Assembly (NCBI RefSeq): GCF_963921235.1
Contig: NC_086097.1
Location: 182,592,001-182,656,000 of the forward strand
Direction of reading: 5' to 3'
Source: Mobula hypostoma
Taxonomy: Eukaryota
DNA: 64,000 bases
Shown piece by piece: positions 13,190-26,819 of the stretch. The notes under the pieces are model-generated. The model was not told where the DNA came from. It saw only the letters and a program-made list of their open reading frames with translations, and searched no databases. The first letter of the stretch is position 1. Every line of letters begins with the position of its first letter. A program made the translations under genes and the position numbers.

Positions 13190-13460
13190 GGAGGGCACAG
13201 TAGCACAGTGGTTAGCACAGCATATTACAGTACCATTTCCCCCCACTGCCAGTGTGCAGTTTATACGTTCTCCCCGTGACTGCGTGTGTTTCCTCTGGGT
13301 GCTCCAGTTTGCTCCCACAGTCCAAAGATATACTGGTTGATGGGTTAATTGGTGATGGTTATTGTCCCATGATTAAGCTAGGGTTATATTGGGGTTTGCT
13401 GGGCAGTACGGCTTGAAGGACCGGAAGGGCGTATTCTGCGTTGTATGCCAATAGATATGT
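13190..13460 (+). mobile_element. V-SINE / HE1-like tRNA-derived SINE
   Basis: A-box-like head and V-domain core ctccccgtgactgcgtgtgtttcctctgggtgctccagtttgctcccacagtccaaaga. Confidence 0.75.
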
Positions 13461-13959
13461 AAACACTTTATTGATATGCCATGCAACAGTGGACTGACTG
13501 CCGATCCCTGCAGCACACCAGTAGTTACAGGTCTACAATCTGAAAAAAAACAACCCTCCACTAACCTCTCACCCCTAGCACCAAGCCAATTGGCTAATTC
13601 AACAAGGATCCCAAGTGACCTCAACCTTGGGTCTAGCTGACCATGTGGGACCTTGTTAAAAGTTTTGTTAAAGTCCATGTAGACCACTTCTACTGCGTTG
13701 ACCTTGTAAATCTTCTGAGTCACCTCTTTAAAACACACTCAGATTGGTGAGGTATAATTTCCCGTATACAAAGGACCATCCCTAATCTGACCTTGCCTTT
13801 CCCTGTGTTTACTTTACTTCTCCCTTGTCCTTTATTCTAGAGGTGGCGGGACTGGTTTCAGTTCAGGTCTGCTAGGCAGTGATTTTATCTCTTTGGTGAC
13901 CTTCTATGGATTGTTGAACTTGTTCCAGCTGGTTAACAATATACTCACCCTCACAGAAC

Positions 13960-14760
13960 GAAGAGCATACAGTACAGTGCGATACAGGCCCTCTGGCCCA
14001 TAATGTTGTGCCTACCCTTTCACCAATCCAACATCAATCTAACATCAATCTAACCTTTCCCTCCCATGCAGCCTGTCATTTTTCTTTGATCCATGTGCCT
14101 ATCTAATAAATGGCCCTAATTTACTACCGCCACCTCTGGCAGTATGTTCCATGCACTCAGCGCTCTGTGGAAAAAAAGAGCATCCACCTATATTTCCCTC
14201 CATCACTTTAAAATTATGCCCCGTTGTATTAGGCATTTACTCCTTGGGAAAAAGTCACTGGCTGTCCACTCTACCTATGCCTTTTTGATAAGACGCCTCT
14301 ATCAAGTCACCCCTCGTCTTCCTTTGCTCCAAAGAGAAAAGCCCAAGTTTGCTCAACCTATCCTCAATGTTCTCTAAACCAGGCAGCATCCTGGTAAATC
14401 TCCTTTTCACCCTCTCCAAAGTTTCCACATCCTTCTCATGATATGGCAACCAGAATTGTACACCATACTCCAAATGTGGTCTGAGTTTTATAGTGTTGCA
14501 AATTTATATCACGGCTCTTGAACTCAATCCCCCAACTAGTGAGGACCAACACACCATACAATTTCTGATCCACCCTATCAATTTGTATGGCAACTTTTGA
14601 GAGTTCTATAGGCTTGAACCCCAAGATCCCTCTGATCCTCTAAAAATTCTGCCATCTACCCTGTGCTCTGCCTTTAAATTCAACCTTCCAGAGTGATTCA
14701 CTTTACACTTTTCCCAGAAAAGCTCCATCTGCCACTTCTCAGCCCAGCTTTGCATACTGT
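13960..14760 (-). mobile_element. CR1 LINE 3' fragment
   Basis: EYGVQFWLPYHEKDVETLERVKRRFTRMLPGL. Confidence 0.85.
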
Positions 14761-15594
14761 TTGTGGATTACTTCTGGGGCAACAGGAAACATGAACTCTC
14801 TGCTGTGGTGCTGAGTTTTCTGATGGGAGAGGGTGGTCAGTCACTGTGTGTCCATTCCTGCATGGTGACAAGAGGTAATCCTCTCAGGTGGAGACACCAG
14901 GGAGTGCGGATGTTGGAATCTGGAGGATGTCAGTGGCTTGAGCAGTATCTGTGGATGGAAATGGTAACCTGCAGGCCTCCTCCTCTTCCCTGTACTTCTG
15001 TACACTGACTGCCTCCCCTCTATCTTTCAATCTAGATAAAGAATCTCAGCCTGAAATGTTGACTGTCCATTTCTCTCCACAGATGTTGCCTGACCTGTTA
15101 ATCTCCTTAAGTAATTTGTGTCCCTCTCTCCCTAATGGTTGGGCAGGCAATGTCTGTAAGGGAAGCCTTCCATTCACACCTCCCAAAGGTGAGCAATGTG
15201 ATTGAAATTGTGGAGTCATTCACAAGGAATCATTGTTTCCATGCTAACCCTCCAGTACCCACCAACACTAACTCCAGTTACAGCACCCAGTCCCTATCCT
15301 TCTCTGTGCAGATATTTCTCAAATGATGTGGGTCCCTGCCTCCACCACCACCTCAGACTGTATGTACCTGATTCCAAGCCCTTTAAGTGGAATAACATTC
15401 CTTCTCGGGTCCCTTTCAAGCCTTGACCTTAAACTGAAACCTCTGCCCTCTGACTGATTTTTCCCTTGACTTCCCATCACGTGCCTGGGATGAGGCCTGG
15501 CAGGAACATGGGGGAGCGAGCCATCCCAGTTTAGAGCTGCGATCCTTGCTCCCACAGTGGCTGTTGAGTTGAGAAGATGATGTTCCCTCTGCAG

Positions 15595-15735
15595 GTTCGT
15601 GCTTCCTCTGTCTGGTGGACGTGGTTCCTGTGCGCTGTGAGAGAGGATCTGTCATCATGTTCATCCTGAACTTTGAGGAGGTGGTGCTGGATGCAGCCTG
15701 GAAGGAGAAGGTTTCAGAACCCTGGTTTACTGCAG
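15595..15735 (+). CDS. KCNH2: KCNH2 exon 3 (PAS C-terminal/PAC)
   Basis: ctctgcag|GT...GCAG|gtaagg; 141 bp, phase 1-1. Encodes [30 protein letters not shown]. Confidence 0.93.
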
Positions 15736-15799
15736 GTAAGGTTAGGGCAGGTGGGAAATGGGGGATATGGGGACATGGTGCTTGGCTGTTGGTCAGGGA

Positions 15800-17290
15800 A
15801 CAGACAGCTGAAGTGGTCTCGTGTCTCTGTCCCATCACCGCCATTCAGCCCATCGAGTCCTTCCGCCATTCCATCATGGCTGATCCCAGATCTCACTAAT
15901 CCCCATACACCTGCCTTCTCGCCATAACCTTTGATGCCCTGACCGATCAGAAAACGATCAACTTCCACCTTAAATATACCCAGTGACTTAGCCTTCACCG
16001 CAGTCTGTGGGTATATTCCACAGACTTGCCACCCTCTGGATAAAAGAATTCCTCCTTACCTCTGTTCTAAAGGATTGCCCCTCAATTTTTGGGGTTGTGC
16101 CCTCCGGGTTTGGGTACCCCACCATAGGAAACATCTTTTCCACATCCACCCTATCTAGTCCTTTCAACATTCAGTAGGTTTCAATGAGATCTCCCTGCCC
16201 CTGCATTCTTCTAAATTCCAGTGAGTACAGGCCCAAAGCTGCCAAATGGTCCAAATATGTTAACCCCTTCAATCCCGGAATCATTCTTGTGAGCCTCCTC
16301 TGGACTCTCTCCAACGACAACACATCCTTTCTGAGAGATGGAGCCCAAAACTGCTGACGATATTTGAAGTGCAGCCTGACTAGTGTCTTATAAAGGTTCA
16401 GCATAATCTCCTTTCTTTTATATTCCATTCCCAACATGAAATAGATGCCAACATTGCATTTGGCTTCTTTACCACAGACTCAACCTGTAAATTAACCTTC
16501 TGGGAGTCTTGCATGAGGTCTCCTAAGTCCCTCTGTGCCTCTCGTGTTTGAACCTTCTCCCCATTTAGATAATAGACCGCACTATTGTTCCTTTTATCAA
16601 AATGCATTATTATACATTCCCCAATACTGTATAGCAGCCAGATGGATAACAAATCGGCTTGGTGGTAGGGTTTGGAAAGCTAGTAAAGGGTTGTTGTTTA
16701 GACTGGAGGCTAGTGCCCAGTGGTGTGCTGCAGGGATCAGGGCTTGATCCATTGTTGTTTGTCATCTATATTAACAACTTGGATGAGAATATCAGTGGGA
16801 CGATGAGTAAGTTTGCAGATGGTGGTGTGGTGGATGGTGAAGAAGTTTAAGGTTACAACAATATCAATTATTTGGGAAGGTGGGTCAAGAAATGGGTGAT
16901 AGAATTTAATTCAGACAAGTGTGAAGTATTATATTTTGAGAATTTAAACTAGTGAAGGACGGGATCCTGGGGTGTGTTGAAGGACAGAAACCAGGGGTAC
17001 TGCCACCTGGTCCATTGAAAGTGGTGATGCAAGTAGACGGTGCTGCAGAATGTGTACGGCATGCTTGCCGTCATTGTTGAGGCATTGACTGTTGGAAGTG
17101 GGGTGTCATGTTACAGATGTTCGAGTCATTGGTGAGATTGCTTCGGACTATTGTGTGCACAGTAAAGATAAGATGGAGAAGGTGTGGAGAAGTTTCACAA
17201 GGATGTTGCCGGGACTGGAGAGGTTGGGCTATAAGGAGAGATTTGATAGATTAGGATGGTGTTCCCTGGACCGAAAGAGGCCAAGAAAGA
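15800..17290. mobile_element. Two abutting CR1 fragments: minus strand about 15800-16630, plus strand about 16630-17290
   Basis: LYKTLVRLHFKYRQQFWAP...RMIPGLKG on minus; SGVLQGSGLDPLLFVIYINNLDE...SKFADG on plus. Confidence 0.8.
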
Positions 17291-20200
17291 TTCTTGTCAG
17301 CACTTCCTCTTCCGCTAATCACTCCTCAGGTTCTCACATAATTCCCCTTTAATCTTCCCCACCCTCCTGCCTTCCACCTCATCTGAAATCGCCTGTCATC
17401 TGCCAGCTTGTGCTCCTCCCCTTCCTCCACTCTTCTAGTTTGGGTTCTGTCCCTTCCTTTCCAGTCCTGATAAAGGGTCTTGACCGGATATGTTGACTGC
17501 TTATTCCCCTCTACAGATGCTGCCTGACTTGCTGAGTTCCTTCAGCATCTTGTATGTGTGTGTGTTGCTCCAGATTTCCAGCATCTGCAGAATCTCACGT
17601 GTCTTCAATGTATGGAGAGACCTGATGGAAGTCCCAGACTCCCTGAAATATTGAGGGTAGTGAAGAAGGCACTTGGCGTGAGTCTTCATCGGCCAAGGCA
17701 GAAGGGACATTTATAGGAAACTTATGGGGTAAGTGGGGTAATCCAATATGGGTTAGAGGGTGCTGGGAACAAGCTGCCAGAGGAGGTGGTAGAGGCAGGT
17801 ACAATTACAATGTCGAAAAGGTCAAGTACAGGTTTGTGGATAGGAAGTAGCTGTACTTGGCCTTTTAGACATTATAGCTGAACCTGCCTTTGCCACCTCC
17901 TCTGGCAGCTTGTTCCATCATGCTGCCAGAGTGATGCAGGAAGTTGGGATCAGTGTGGATAGGTATCATGGTCAGCATGTATGTGCTGGGCCAAAGGACT
18001 TGTTTCTGCACTGCGCAGTTCTGGGAGGTATGATCTCCCCCTGCAGAAGCCATGCCAACTGCTTTGAATGTCCCTGCCTTTCCAAGTGAACATAGATCAG
18101 GATTTTCTCCAACAACCTCCTCACCAGTTGATGTAAGGCTCACTAGCCTTAACCTCACTGAACAAGGGGACTATAATAGCTCTCCTCCAGTCTCTGGTAC
18201 CTCACCTGTGCCAAATGAAAATGCAAACATCTCCATCACAGCCCAAACCATCTCCTCCTTTGTTTACCTTACCATTCTGGGATAAATCTTGTCATCCCCT
18301 GGGGACTTATCTAGCCTAACGTACACAATTCTTCCTGACATAGACATGTTCAAGAATATTTGCATAACCTCGACTCTCCAGCCTTCACGTCTTCTCCCTG
18401 GTGAGTACCCGTGAGATAGTTACTTTGCCTACACCCCTGGCCACTGGCATTAATGACTTATCCACTCCCTGAGGGCACCTATTCCTTTCATAGCTCCTCT
18501 CTTGCTTGTAATATACACGAATGCTTAGGGATTCTCCTTAATCCTGCTTTCCAAGGTCATTTTGTGACCCTTTTTTTCTCCTCCTAATTTCTTACTCAAG
18601 TTCTCCTATAACGCCTATAAACCATGAATGACTTGTTACCAGTCCTGTACCTGACAGTTGCTTCCTCCTTTTCCCTGATCCATCCTTGAATATTCTGGGT
18701 TAACTGGCATTCCCAGATTTTACCATCTTTTTCTCTTGTATAGAGTTTGAATTGAGTCCCAGCAAGTGTGGGGTGATGCATTTTGGGAAGTCTGATGGGG
18801 CAGGGCAGCTACAGTAGATGGTGATGAATGTCGATGTATGGAGAGAGCTTGGGTTTCCAGTCCATTGTTCCCTGAAAGTGACAACACAGGTGGACAAGGT
18901 GGTGGAGATGTATGAAGGAGGTCAGAGCATGGAATATAAGAGTCAAAATGTTACATTGCAACTTTATAAAACATGGGTTAGGCTGCACTTGGTGGTTTGT
19001 GCTCAGTTCTGATCACCACTGCACAGGAAGTGTGTGATAGCAATAGAGAAAGTGCAGAGGAGATTCAGCAGGATGTGAGGGTTTGAGAGGTTGGGTGAGG
19101 GTGGAGAATTCGGGGAGGATGGATATCCTTGGACAAGACTGTCTTTGCATGGGGGTTGGTGTATGGGTGTGATGATTGAGGAGGGAGGGGTGAGAGACTG
19201 GGTGAGGGCTTGAAGTAGGAGTGAGGGGCTGGGTAGAAGCGGGGTGTTTTAGGGGACACGGACACTTTCAGATGTGCTTCTGGTTGAGGAAGGAGGGATG
19301 AGGGGCTGGGTAGGGATGTGAGGTACTGGGTGAGGGATGAGGTTGTGAGAGGCTGGATGAGAGATTGAGGGTGAGCATGTGGGGCTGTGAGGGGTGGAGT
19401 CTTTGGGGAAGATGGACACCCTCTATTCAGGTCCCTGATGGAGCTTCTGACTGTGCTAGCTGGGGTGCGGCAGGGTCGAGTGAAGAGGTGGAGAGGTCAG
19501 AGCAGGACAGATCCTTTCTCTTTGGCGAGGAGCTGAGGGCCCTGATCCAGCTCGAGTGTGGGGGGGGGTGGTGTTCAGTGAGATTTCCAACACACTCCCT
19601 GTGGGGGCCTGCAGACACCCACTAATCCCCGGATGATGAATAACACCAGGCCTCAGGCCCTTCCCCATCTCTCCCTCCAGTGAAAGTTCTGGGAACCTCC
19701 ACTGGGTTTCCCCCTCAATAACATCATGGTGAGGGATCGGATGATGATGGAGAGACCCTGGCATCTGTACCAGCACAGGGAGTGCTGGAGGGGCGGAGGG
19801 GGAAGTGAAGTAGGAAGGGAGGGGGAGGGAAGGAGAATGGAGGGGACACAAGGAGAGATGGAGGGGCAGGGTGGAAGGGAGTGACAGACGGAGGTGGGAG
19901 AGATGGAAGAAGAGAGGAGGGAAGGGAGGGGGAGGAGGAGAGGAGGAGAAGGGGAGGAATGGAAGGTGAGGGTGAGAGCTGGGGGGAGAGTTCTGATGGG
20001 GAGGCCTTCCAGGAGTATAACAGTAAATTATGCTGCAGCTTTATAAAACTCTAGTTAGACCTCATCTAGAGTGTTACATTCAGTTCTGGTCGTCCCATTA
20101 CAGGAAGGATGTGGAGACTGTGGAGAAGAGTTTCAGAATGCCGTCTGGATTAGAGGGCATAAGCTATAAGGAGGGGTTGGACAAACTTGAGTTGTTTGCT

Positions 20201-21277
20201 CTGGAGCTGTGAAGGTTGAGGGGAGACCTGATGGAGGTTTATAAGATTATAAGCGGCATGGATAGAGCGGACAGTATCTTTTTCCCAGGATTGAAATGTC
20301 TGATATCAGAGGGCATGTATTTCAGGTGGTGAGGGGAGTATAAGGGAGATGTATGGGGCAAGTTTCTTTGCACAGAGTGGTGGGGGCCACTGGGGTGGTG
20401 GTGGAAACAAGTACAAACATTTCAGAGAGACTTGGGCAGACACATAAATGTGCAGGAAAGGGAGGGATATGATTAATGTGCTAGGAAGAGGGATTGGATT
20501 AATCATGTCATTGGTTTAAATAGTTTGGAACAACATCGTAGGTTGAAGGTCGTGGCCTGTGTCTGATGTTCCAGAAGTAGACCATGTGGCCTTCTATAAG
20601 ACTTGACAAGGTCCCACATGGGATACTGGTGCAAGGGTTCGGGCCCATGGGATAAGGGAAATTGGTTTCGGATTTGATGGTGGTCAGTGATGTTTGTGAT
20701 TGGAAGTCTGCGACCAGTGGTTTTCCACGGGGATTGGTGCTGGCACCCTGTAGGGAGTAATTTCTACACCAGTGATCTGGACAGCAACAGAGGTTGTAGG
20801 TGACATGGATTTCAGTGATGATGTTGACAGTGAGGAGGGAGTCTTGGTCTATAGAACGATTCTGATCAGCTGGTCAGGTGGGGTTAAATGTTCATCAAGA
20901 GTAAATAGTTAGCAATAACAGCATCTGTCTAATAATTCCCGTTGATGGGTGTTAAACTGGTGTTGCTATCTGAAATAGAAATAAACATTTTGTAAATGCT
21001 CCACAATCCTGTGAGTACCTGTCTGGAGAACCATAATATCGTGGAGCTCCCCCTCAATCTCCCCAGCCTTTCCCACCATTCAGTCCAATCAGGGCTAGGC
21101 TACCCCAGGCTCTCGCCCCTCAGCCTCTCAGTTCATTGGGTACTAACCCCATAGATCTACCCCATGCCCCTCTGGGGCAGAAAATTCCAGAGGCCCTCCC
21201 CATCCTGGGAGAAGCTGTATACACCTTCTAGATGATCCCTCATCTGAGACTCTCATCTTGTGCTGTGGTGACTGCAG

Positions 21278-21492
21278 AGACGGTGAAGGGTGTGCTAAGA
21301 GCCCGGCTTTCCAGCTCCACTTCGGACACTGACCTGATGAAGCCCCGCACAGTCAGGAAGATCTCACAGATCACCCTCAACTTTAAGGACCTGGAAGGGG
21401 ATCAGATCACCCTACCAGCCACCAGTGACAAGGACATCATTGCCCCCAAGGTCAGGGAGAGGAGTCACAACGTCACCGACAAGGTCACCCAG
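21278..21492 (+). CDS. KCNH2: KCNH2 exon 5 (proximal N-terminus)
   Basis: actgcag|AG...ACCCAG|gtgagt; phase 1-0. Encodes [30 protein letters not shown]...[23 protein letters not shown], matching hERG STSDSDL...THNVTEKVTQ. Confidence 0.92.
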
Positions 21493-21590
21493 GTGAGTCC
21501 AACACGGGACGGAGGGTCCCAGGTGAGTCCGACACGGGACGGAGGGTCCCAGGTGAGTCTGACACAGGACAGAGGGTCACCACGAGAATC
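21484..21590 (+). repeat. 30-bp tandem repeat (3 copies plus 1 degenerate) containing the exon 5 splice donor
   Basis: CCCAG|GTGAGT with GT at 21493, 21523 and 21553. Confidence 0.92.
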
Positions 21591-21709
21591 TGACCTCTGT
21601 CTCTGTGGCTGCCAGGCACAGATTCCTGCTGAGTCAGACTGTGCCTGGAATAGGTAACAACAGTGTGTATGTACGTGGCCACAGTGGGCAAGTTGAACAG
21701 GTGAAGTCA

Positions 21710-22580
21710 CAAGGTGCTGTACATGAGGCTACTAAACAAGGCAGGAGCCCACGGTATTAGAGGCAGGGTGCTCGTATGAATAGAAGATTGGCTGACGAGC
21801 AGTAGGCAGAGAGTGGGGATAGAGGGGGCCTTTTCTGTTGATGTCTAGTGGAGTTCCACATAGATAAATATGGGACACAACTTTTCACTTTATACATTAA
21901 TATTCTGGATGATGGAATTGATGACTTTGTGGCCAAGTTTGCAGATGATTCAAAGATAAATGGAGAAACGGATTGTGTTTAAAAAAAAGCAGGGAGTGTG
22001 CAGAAAGTCTTTGAGTTGGAACAATGGACAAAGAAGAGGCAGATGAAATGGTACGGAGAATAAAGGTGTAAATTATTTCTCTAATGGGGAAAGATTCAGA
22101 GATCAGAGATGCAAAGAGACTTGGGAATCCTAGTTTATCATGCAGGTTCAGTCAGTTGTAAAAGGGGGAAATGTAATGTTAGTATTCTTTTCAAGAGGAC
22201 TAGAATATAAAAGCAAGGATATGGAGCTGAAGCTTTACAGCCTTCTTGTTATGCAAATACATTCAGATTTGGAGTATTGTGAGCAGTTTTGGGCCCCATA
22301 TCTAAGGGAGGATGTGCTGCCATTGGAGAGGGTGCAGAGGAGTTTGACGAGAATGATTCCAGGGACAAAAGGGATAATGTACAAAGCGCATTTAATGTCT
22401 CTGGGCCTGTATTTGATGGAGGTGAGAATGATGAGGAATGATCTCATTGAAAACTACCAAGTACTGAAAGGAATGGATAGAGTAGACATGGAGGGGATGT
22501 TTTCAGTAGTGGGAGAATCCAGTGTTCAAGGGCACAGCCTCAGATTAAAGAGATGTCCCTTTAAAACTGAGATGAGGAGG
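21710..22580 (+). mobile_element. CR1 LINE RT/3' fragment
   Basis: LEYCEQFWAPYLREDVLPLERVQRSLTRMIPG. Confidence 0.85.
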
Positions 22581-25249
22581 ATGGGGGAGTCAGACAATTG
22601 GAAGTGGGGGAAGTGGTCTATGTGGATGCAATCAAGGTTGGTCTGTGGGTGACAGGGTCAGACTATGGAGAGATAGTAGAGTTGTAGACACTTGGGGGAG
22701 ATGGTGGGGAGATGTGGAGATGCCGGGGGAGACACAGAGAGACCAGTAGGGGATGTAATAACTGAGTATGTGGAAAGAAAATGGATTAAGAGAGTGGATA
22801 TTTGGACTGGAGGTTGGTGTGTAACCAATCTCCTGGAGTGCTTGGAGAAAGGCACTGGAAGAGAGGGCGGGGAACCAGATGTGGGGTGTCTGGATCTTCA
22901 GGGTGCTTTTGCTAAGGTCCCCACACTCAGTGGAATGAGCATACTTGTCAGTGCTGATGCCCTGTGGCTAGAGACTGGTCACCAGGCAGAGTCAGAGGTG
23001 TCGTGGCTCTGGTAGTCATCAAGGTACAGAGGGCAGTGAGCCCTGCTGGTGGCTGGGGTTAGAGTAGGTGGTACATCGTAGTAGCAGGGCCGAAAGGTCT
23101 GCATCTGCATTTTCCCCTCCTCCCCACTGCCACCCCACACACCCCCACCATCCCTCACAGTGGCTGCAGTGGATACCACCTACAAACCACGATGCAGTTT
23201 CTTCCCCAGGTCCACCCCCTTCCCCCTCCAGGACAGGGAGAGGACGTCGCTACCTTCAATTTCCTCTCCAGGTCACAGCCCTACCTACCAGGGACTTTTC
23301 TCTCCACTGTCACCGTCCTGAGAACCCCTCCCCTCCATGGGACCCCCTTCCCCAAACCCAATCCACCTTCTCCCAGGCATTGAGGGATTGGGTGGGAATG
23401 CCTGCCTCGAGGTGGGACAGTGAGGGGGAGGGGTTTGTTGAATGCCGGCCCGGTCTGAGATGTGCAGTCACTGCTGTCTTCCCCAGTGAGGGGGGCATTG
23501 AGGGGGTGGTGGTGAATGCCTGCTCAGGTGGGATATGAGCAGACACTGCTGTCTGAGCTGTTGTCAGGTTGGGAGTGGCCACTGGGAGCCTAGGATTACT
23601 GGAGCCTGTGCTAAATCCCAAGAATCGGAAGATTAAGAGTGGCTGGGGATAAAGCTGAGGATGCTCGGGCAGTGATTAGATTGGGAGCAGGAGCTGTCGC
23701 TGAAATGTGGGCAATGCCCCAGGGGAGGGGAGGGCAACAGAGTAATGTTCAGGCAGCCAATGAACTCCAACAATTCCAACGCCCTGTCTAAAGGAGCCAC
23801 ACTGTCTGTCTCTCCTGGGACTGCTTGTTGGATAACTGTTCTCTCATAAATGTATAACAAAGAATTGGGACCATGCCCACTGTAATGTCTGTTTACATTA
23901 ATCCCATTTGCTTGCATTAGATTCATCTCCATCTACACCTTTCCCATCCAAGTACCTGTCCAACACTCTCCAACAGCTCATGCCAGACACCCACCGACGC
24001 TCTATGTGAAAAATGTGTCCCTCAGGTTCAAAGGTTGACAACGTAAATAAAAGAGGGGAGAGATTGAAATGAGACCCCTTCTTTCCATAGAGGGTATTGA
24101 GAATCTGGAATGAGCTGCCAGAAGAAGTGGTTAAGTTAGGTGTAATTGCGACATTCAAGGGGGATTTGGATAGGTGCTTGGAGAGTTATGGGTTGAACAT
24201 GGGCAACTAGCATGGAAGATGCTGTGGTTGCCTTGGAATAGTTGGGCCAAAGGATTTAAATTTGGCTGTATCACTCTATAACTCTATCACTCTATTTCCT
24301 TTGCGTCTCCCCTCTTACCTTAAACCTGTGTCCTCACAGAGCCCTTTGGTCCACAATATTTTGCCGACTTTTTAACACACTCTAAGATCATACTAACTTC
24401 CCTTACTACTGAGCCTGGCTAACAGTTTCTTAAATATTCCTAATGTATCTTTCTCTACCATTACCCTGGCAGCTCATTCAATACACCCACCACTCTGTAT
24501 ACAAAATCTACCTCTGACACCCCCCCGCCACTCTCCTCTAATAACTTTAAGATTATGCTCCCTTGTATTAGTGATTTTGCTTTGGGAAAAAGTGCCTGGC
24601 TGTCTACTATCCATTGTCTATTGTCTAGATTCCTCTGTTCTGGGAAAAAGAATGACTATCTACCCTATCTGTGCCCCTTATAATTTTATAAACCTCTATA
24701 AGTCTGCCCCTGAGCCTCCTGCACAACAGTGAGAACAAACCCAGCCTGTCCATTCCAGGCATCATCTCCAGGAATCTCTTCTACACACTCTCTATTGCTC
24801 CCACGTCCTTCCTGCGGGGTGGTGACCAGAACTGTACACAATTCTCCAAGTGTAGTCTGACCAGTGCTTTGCAAATTGGGTCCTGTTGTTAACACAGAGT
24901 GTGGATGATTTTGTGAACTCACTGACAAAGGATTTAGTGTGGAACCAACACTGTTACTATGTTTCTGAGGCATTCAGACAGGCAGGTAAGGAGGCAGGGC
25001 ATGGGAGGATATGGACGTAATGAACGCAAATGGAATTAGTGTAGATGAGTAAATAGAATGACCTGTTTCCACGCAGTACAACTCTGACTTGGTTGCAGTG
25101 GAAAAGGTGCAAAGGGGATTCACCAGGATGTTACTGGGACTGGAGAAGCTGATGAGGATGGACAGGAGAGGCCAAGGTTGTTTTCTGTGGAACGCTGTGC
25201 ATGAGACATTGAAGATCATAAGGGGATGAGATAGAAGCACTAGACCAAG

Positions 25250-26390
25250 ACCTCGTGGGAAGCAAGGGAAGAAATTGCTGGGATCCTGGCAGAGATTTTT
25301 GTGTTTTCCTTAGTCACAAGCAAGGTACCTGCCATAAGACTGGAGGATGGCTACAGTAGTGCCTTTATTTAATCAGGGTTGCGAGGACAAGCCAGGTAAC
25401 TACAGGCTGGTGAGCCTTACCTCACAGGTGGGGAAGGCTGCTGGAGGGATTCTGAGGGACAGGAGCCTCCCGCATTTGGAAAGGCAAGGACTGACTGTCG
25501 TCAACATGGCTTTGTGTGTGTGAAATCGTGACAGATGAATTTGATTGAGCTTGTGAAGAGATGACCAAGAGGACTGATGAGGGCAGATGTTGTCTGCATG
25601 GACTTTAGCAAGGTCTTTGCTGAGGTCCCAGATCCAGGGTGAGCTGGCTGATTGGTAACAAAACTGGCTTAGTGAAAGGAGGCATCAGGGGCAGTGAAGG
25701 ATTGTTCAGACGGAGGCCTATGACCAGAAGCCTTGGGGATCGGGCTGGGTTGGTGTTGTTGTTTGCATATATATGAGTGATGTGTTGAAAGACATGATTA
25801 GTAAGGGTCCGGATAGCCTTCAGATTGGTGGTGTGATGGACAATGAAGAAGGTTGTCTAAAGTTATAACAAGATCTCGATCAACTGAAGAAGTGGAGAAA
25901 GGAATAGCAGATAAAGTTTAACTCAGACAGGTGTGGTGATATTGGGGCTCTTTGTACAGCAGCTACTCAGTGAATGGCAGGGCCTTGGGAGTGTTGTAAA
26001 ACAGAGAGAGCTAAGAATGCAGGTACTGTACATGATTCCCTGGAAGTAGTGACACAGTGGACGGGGTGCTGAAGTGATGCTGCACTTGACTTCATTAGTT
26101 GGGACACTGAGTACAGGAGTTGAAATGTCATCTTAGAACTGTACAGGGCATTGGTGAGGTCACACGAAGTATTGTGTGCAGCTCCAGTCTCCTGGCTATA
26201 GGAAGGATATTTTTAAACTGGAAAGGGTGCAGAAGAGATTCACAGAAATGGTGATGGGACTGAAGGGCTTGAGTTATCAGTGGAGACTGGACAGGCTGGG
26301 ACTGTTTTCCCTTGAGCGAAGGAGGCCTTGTAGAGATTTACAAAAACATGAGAGAGGTAGATAAAGTGGATGGTCACAGTATTTTTTTAA
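25250..26390 (+). mobile_element. CR1 LINE RT fragment (degenerate)
   Basis: PGNYRLVSLTS-like motif; YRKDIFKLERVQKRFTEM. Confidence 0.78.
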
Positions 26391-26739
26391 AGAATCAGAA
26401 TCAGGTTTAATATCACTGTGAAATTTGTTTTGTGGCAGCAGTACATTACATAACAATAAAAAAACTACATTAAAAAAATATATTAAATGAATTAAATAAG
26501 TAATAAAAAAGAGAGGGAAATGAGTCGGGGAGTCTACAGCTAGAGTGTGTAAGTTGAAGGTGAGAAGGACCTGAGGGCAAGGTGGGTATATTGAACAAGC
26601 TGCCTGAGTTTTGTGTGTGTTGCTTGGATTTCCAGCAGCTGCAGATTTTCTCTTGTTTGTGCCAGAGGAAATGGTTGATTAGGTACATTAGCAACACATG
26701 AGTCACTTGCTCAAGTACGCGGATAGGGGAGGTTTAGAA

Positions 26740-26819
26740 CAGGGGTCCCCAACATTTTTTATGCCACGGACCAACACCATTAGACAAGGAGCCCATGGAT
26801 CCCAGGCTGGGAACCCCTG
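26740..26819. mobile_element. 80-bp hAT-like MITE
   Basis: TIRs CAGGGGTCCCCAAC / GCTGGGAACCCCTG, the same terminus type as 11692-12404. Confidence 0.7.
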
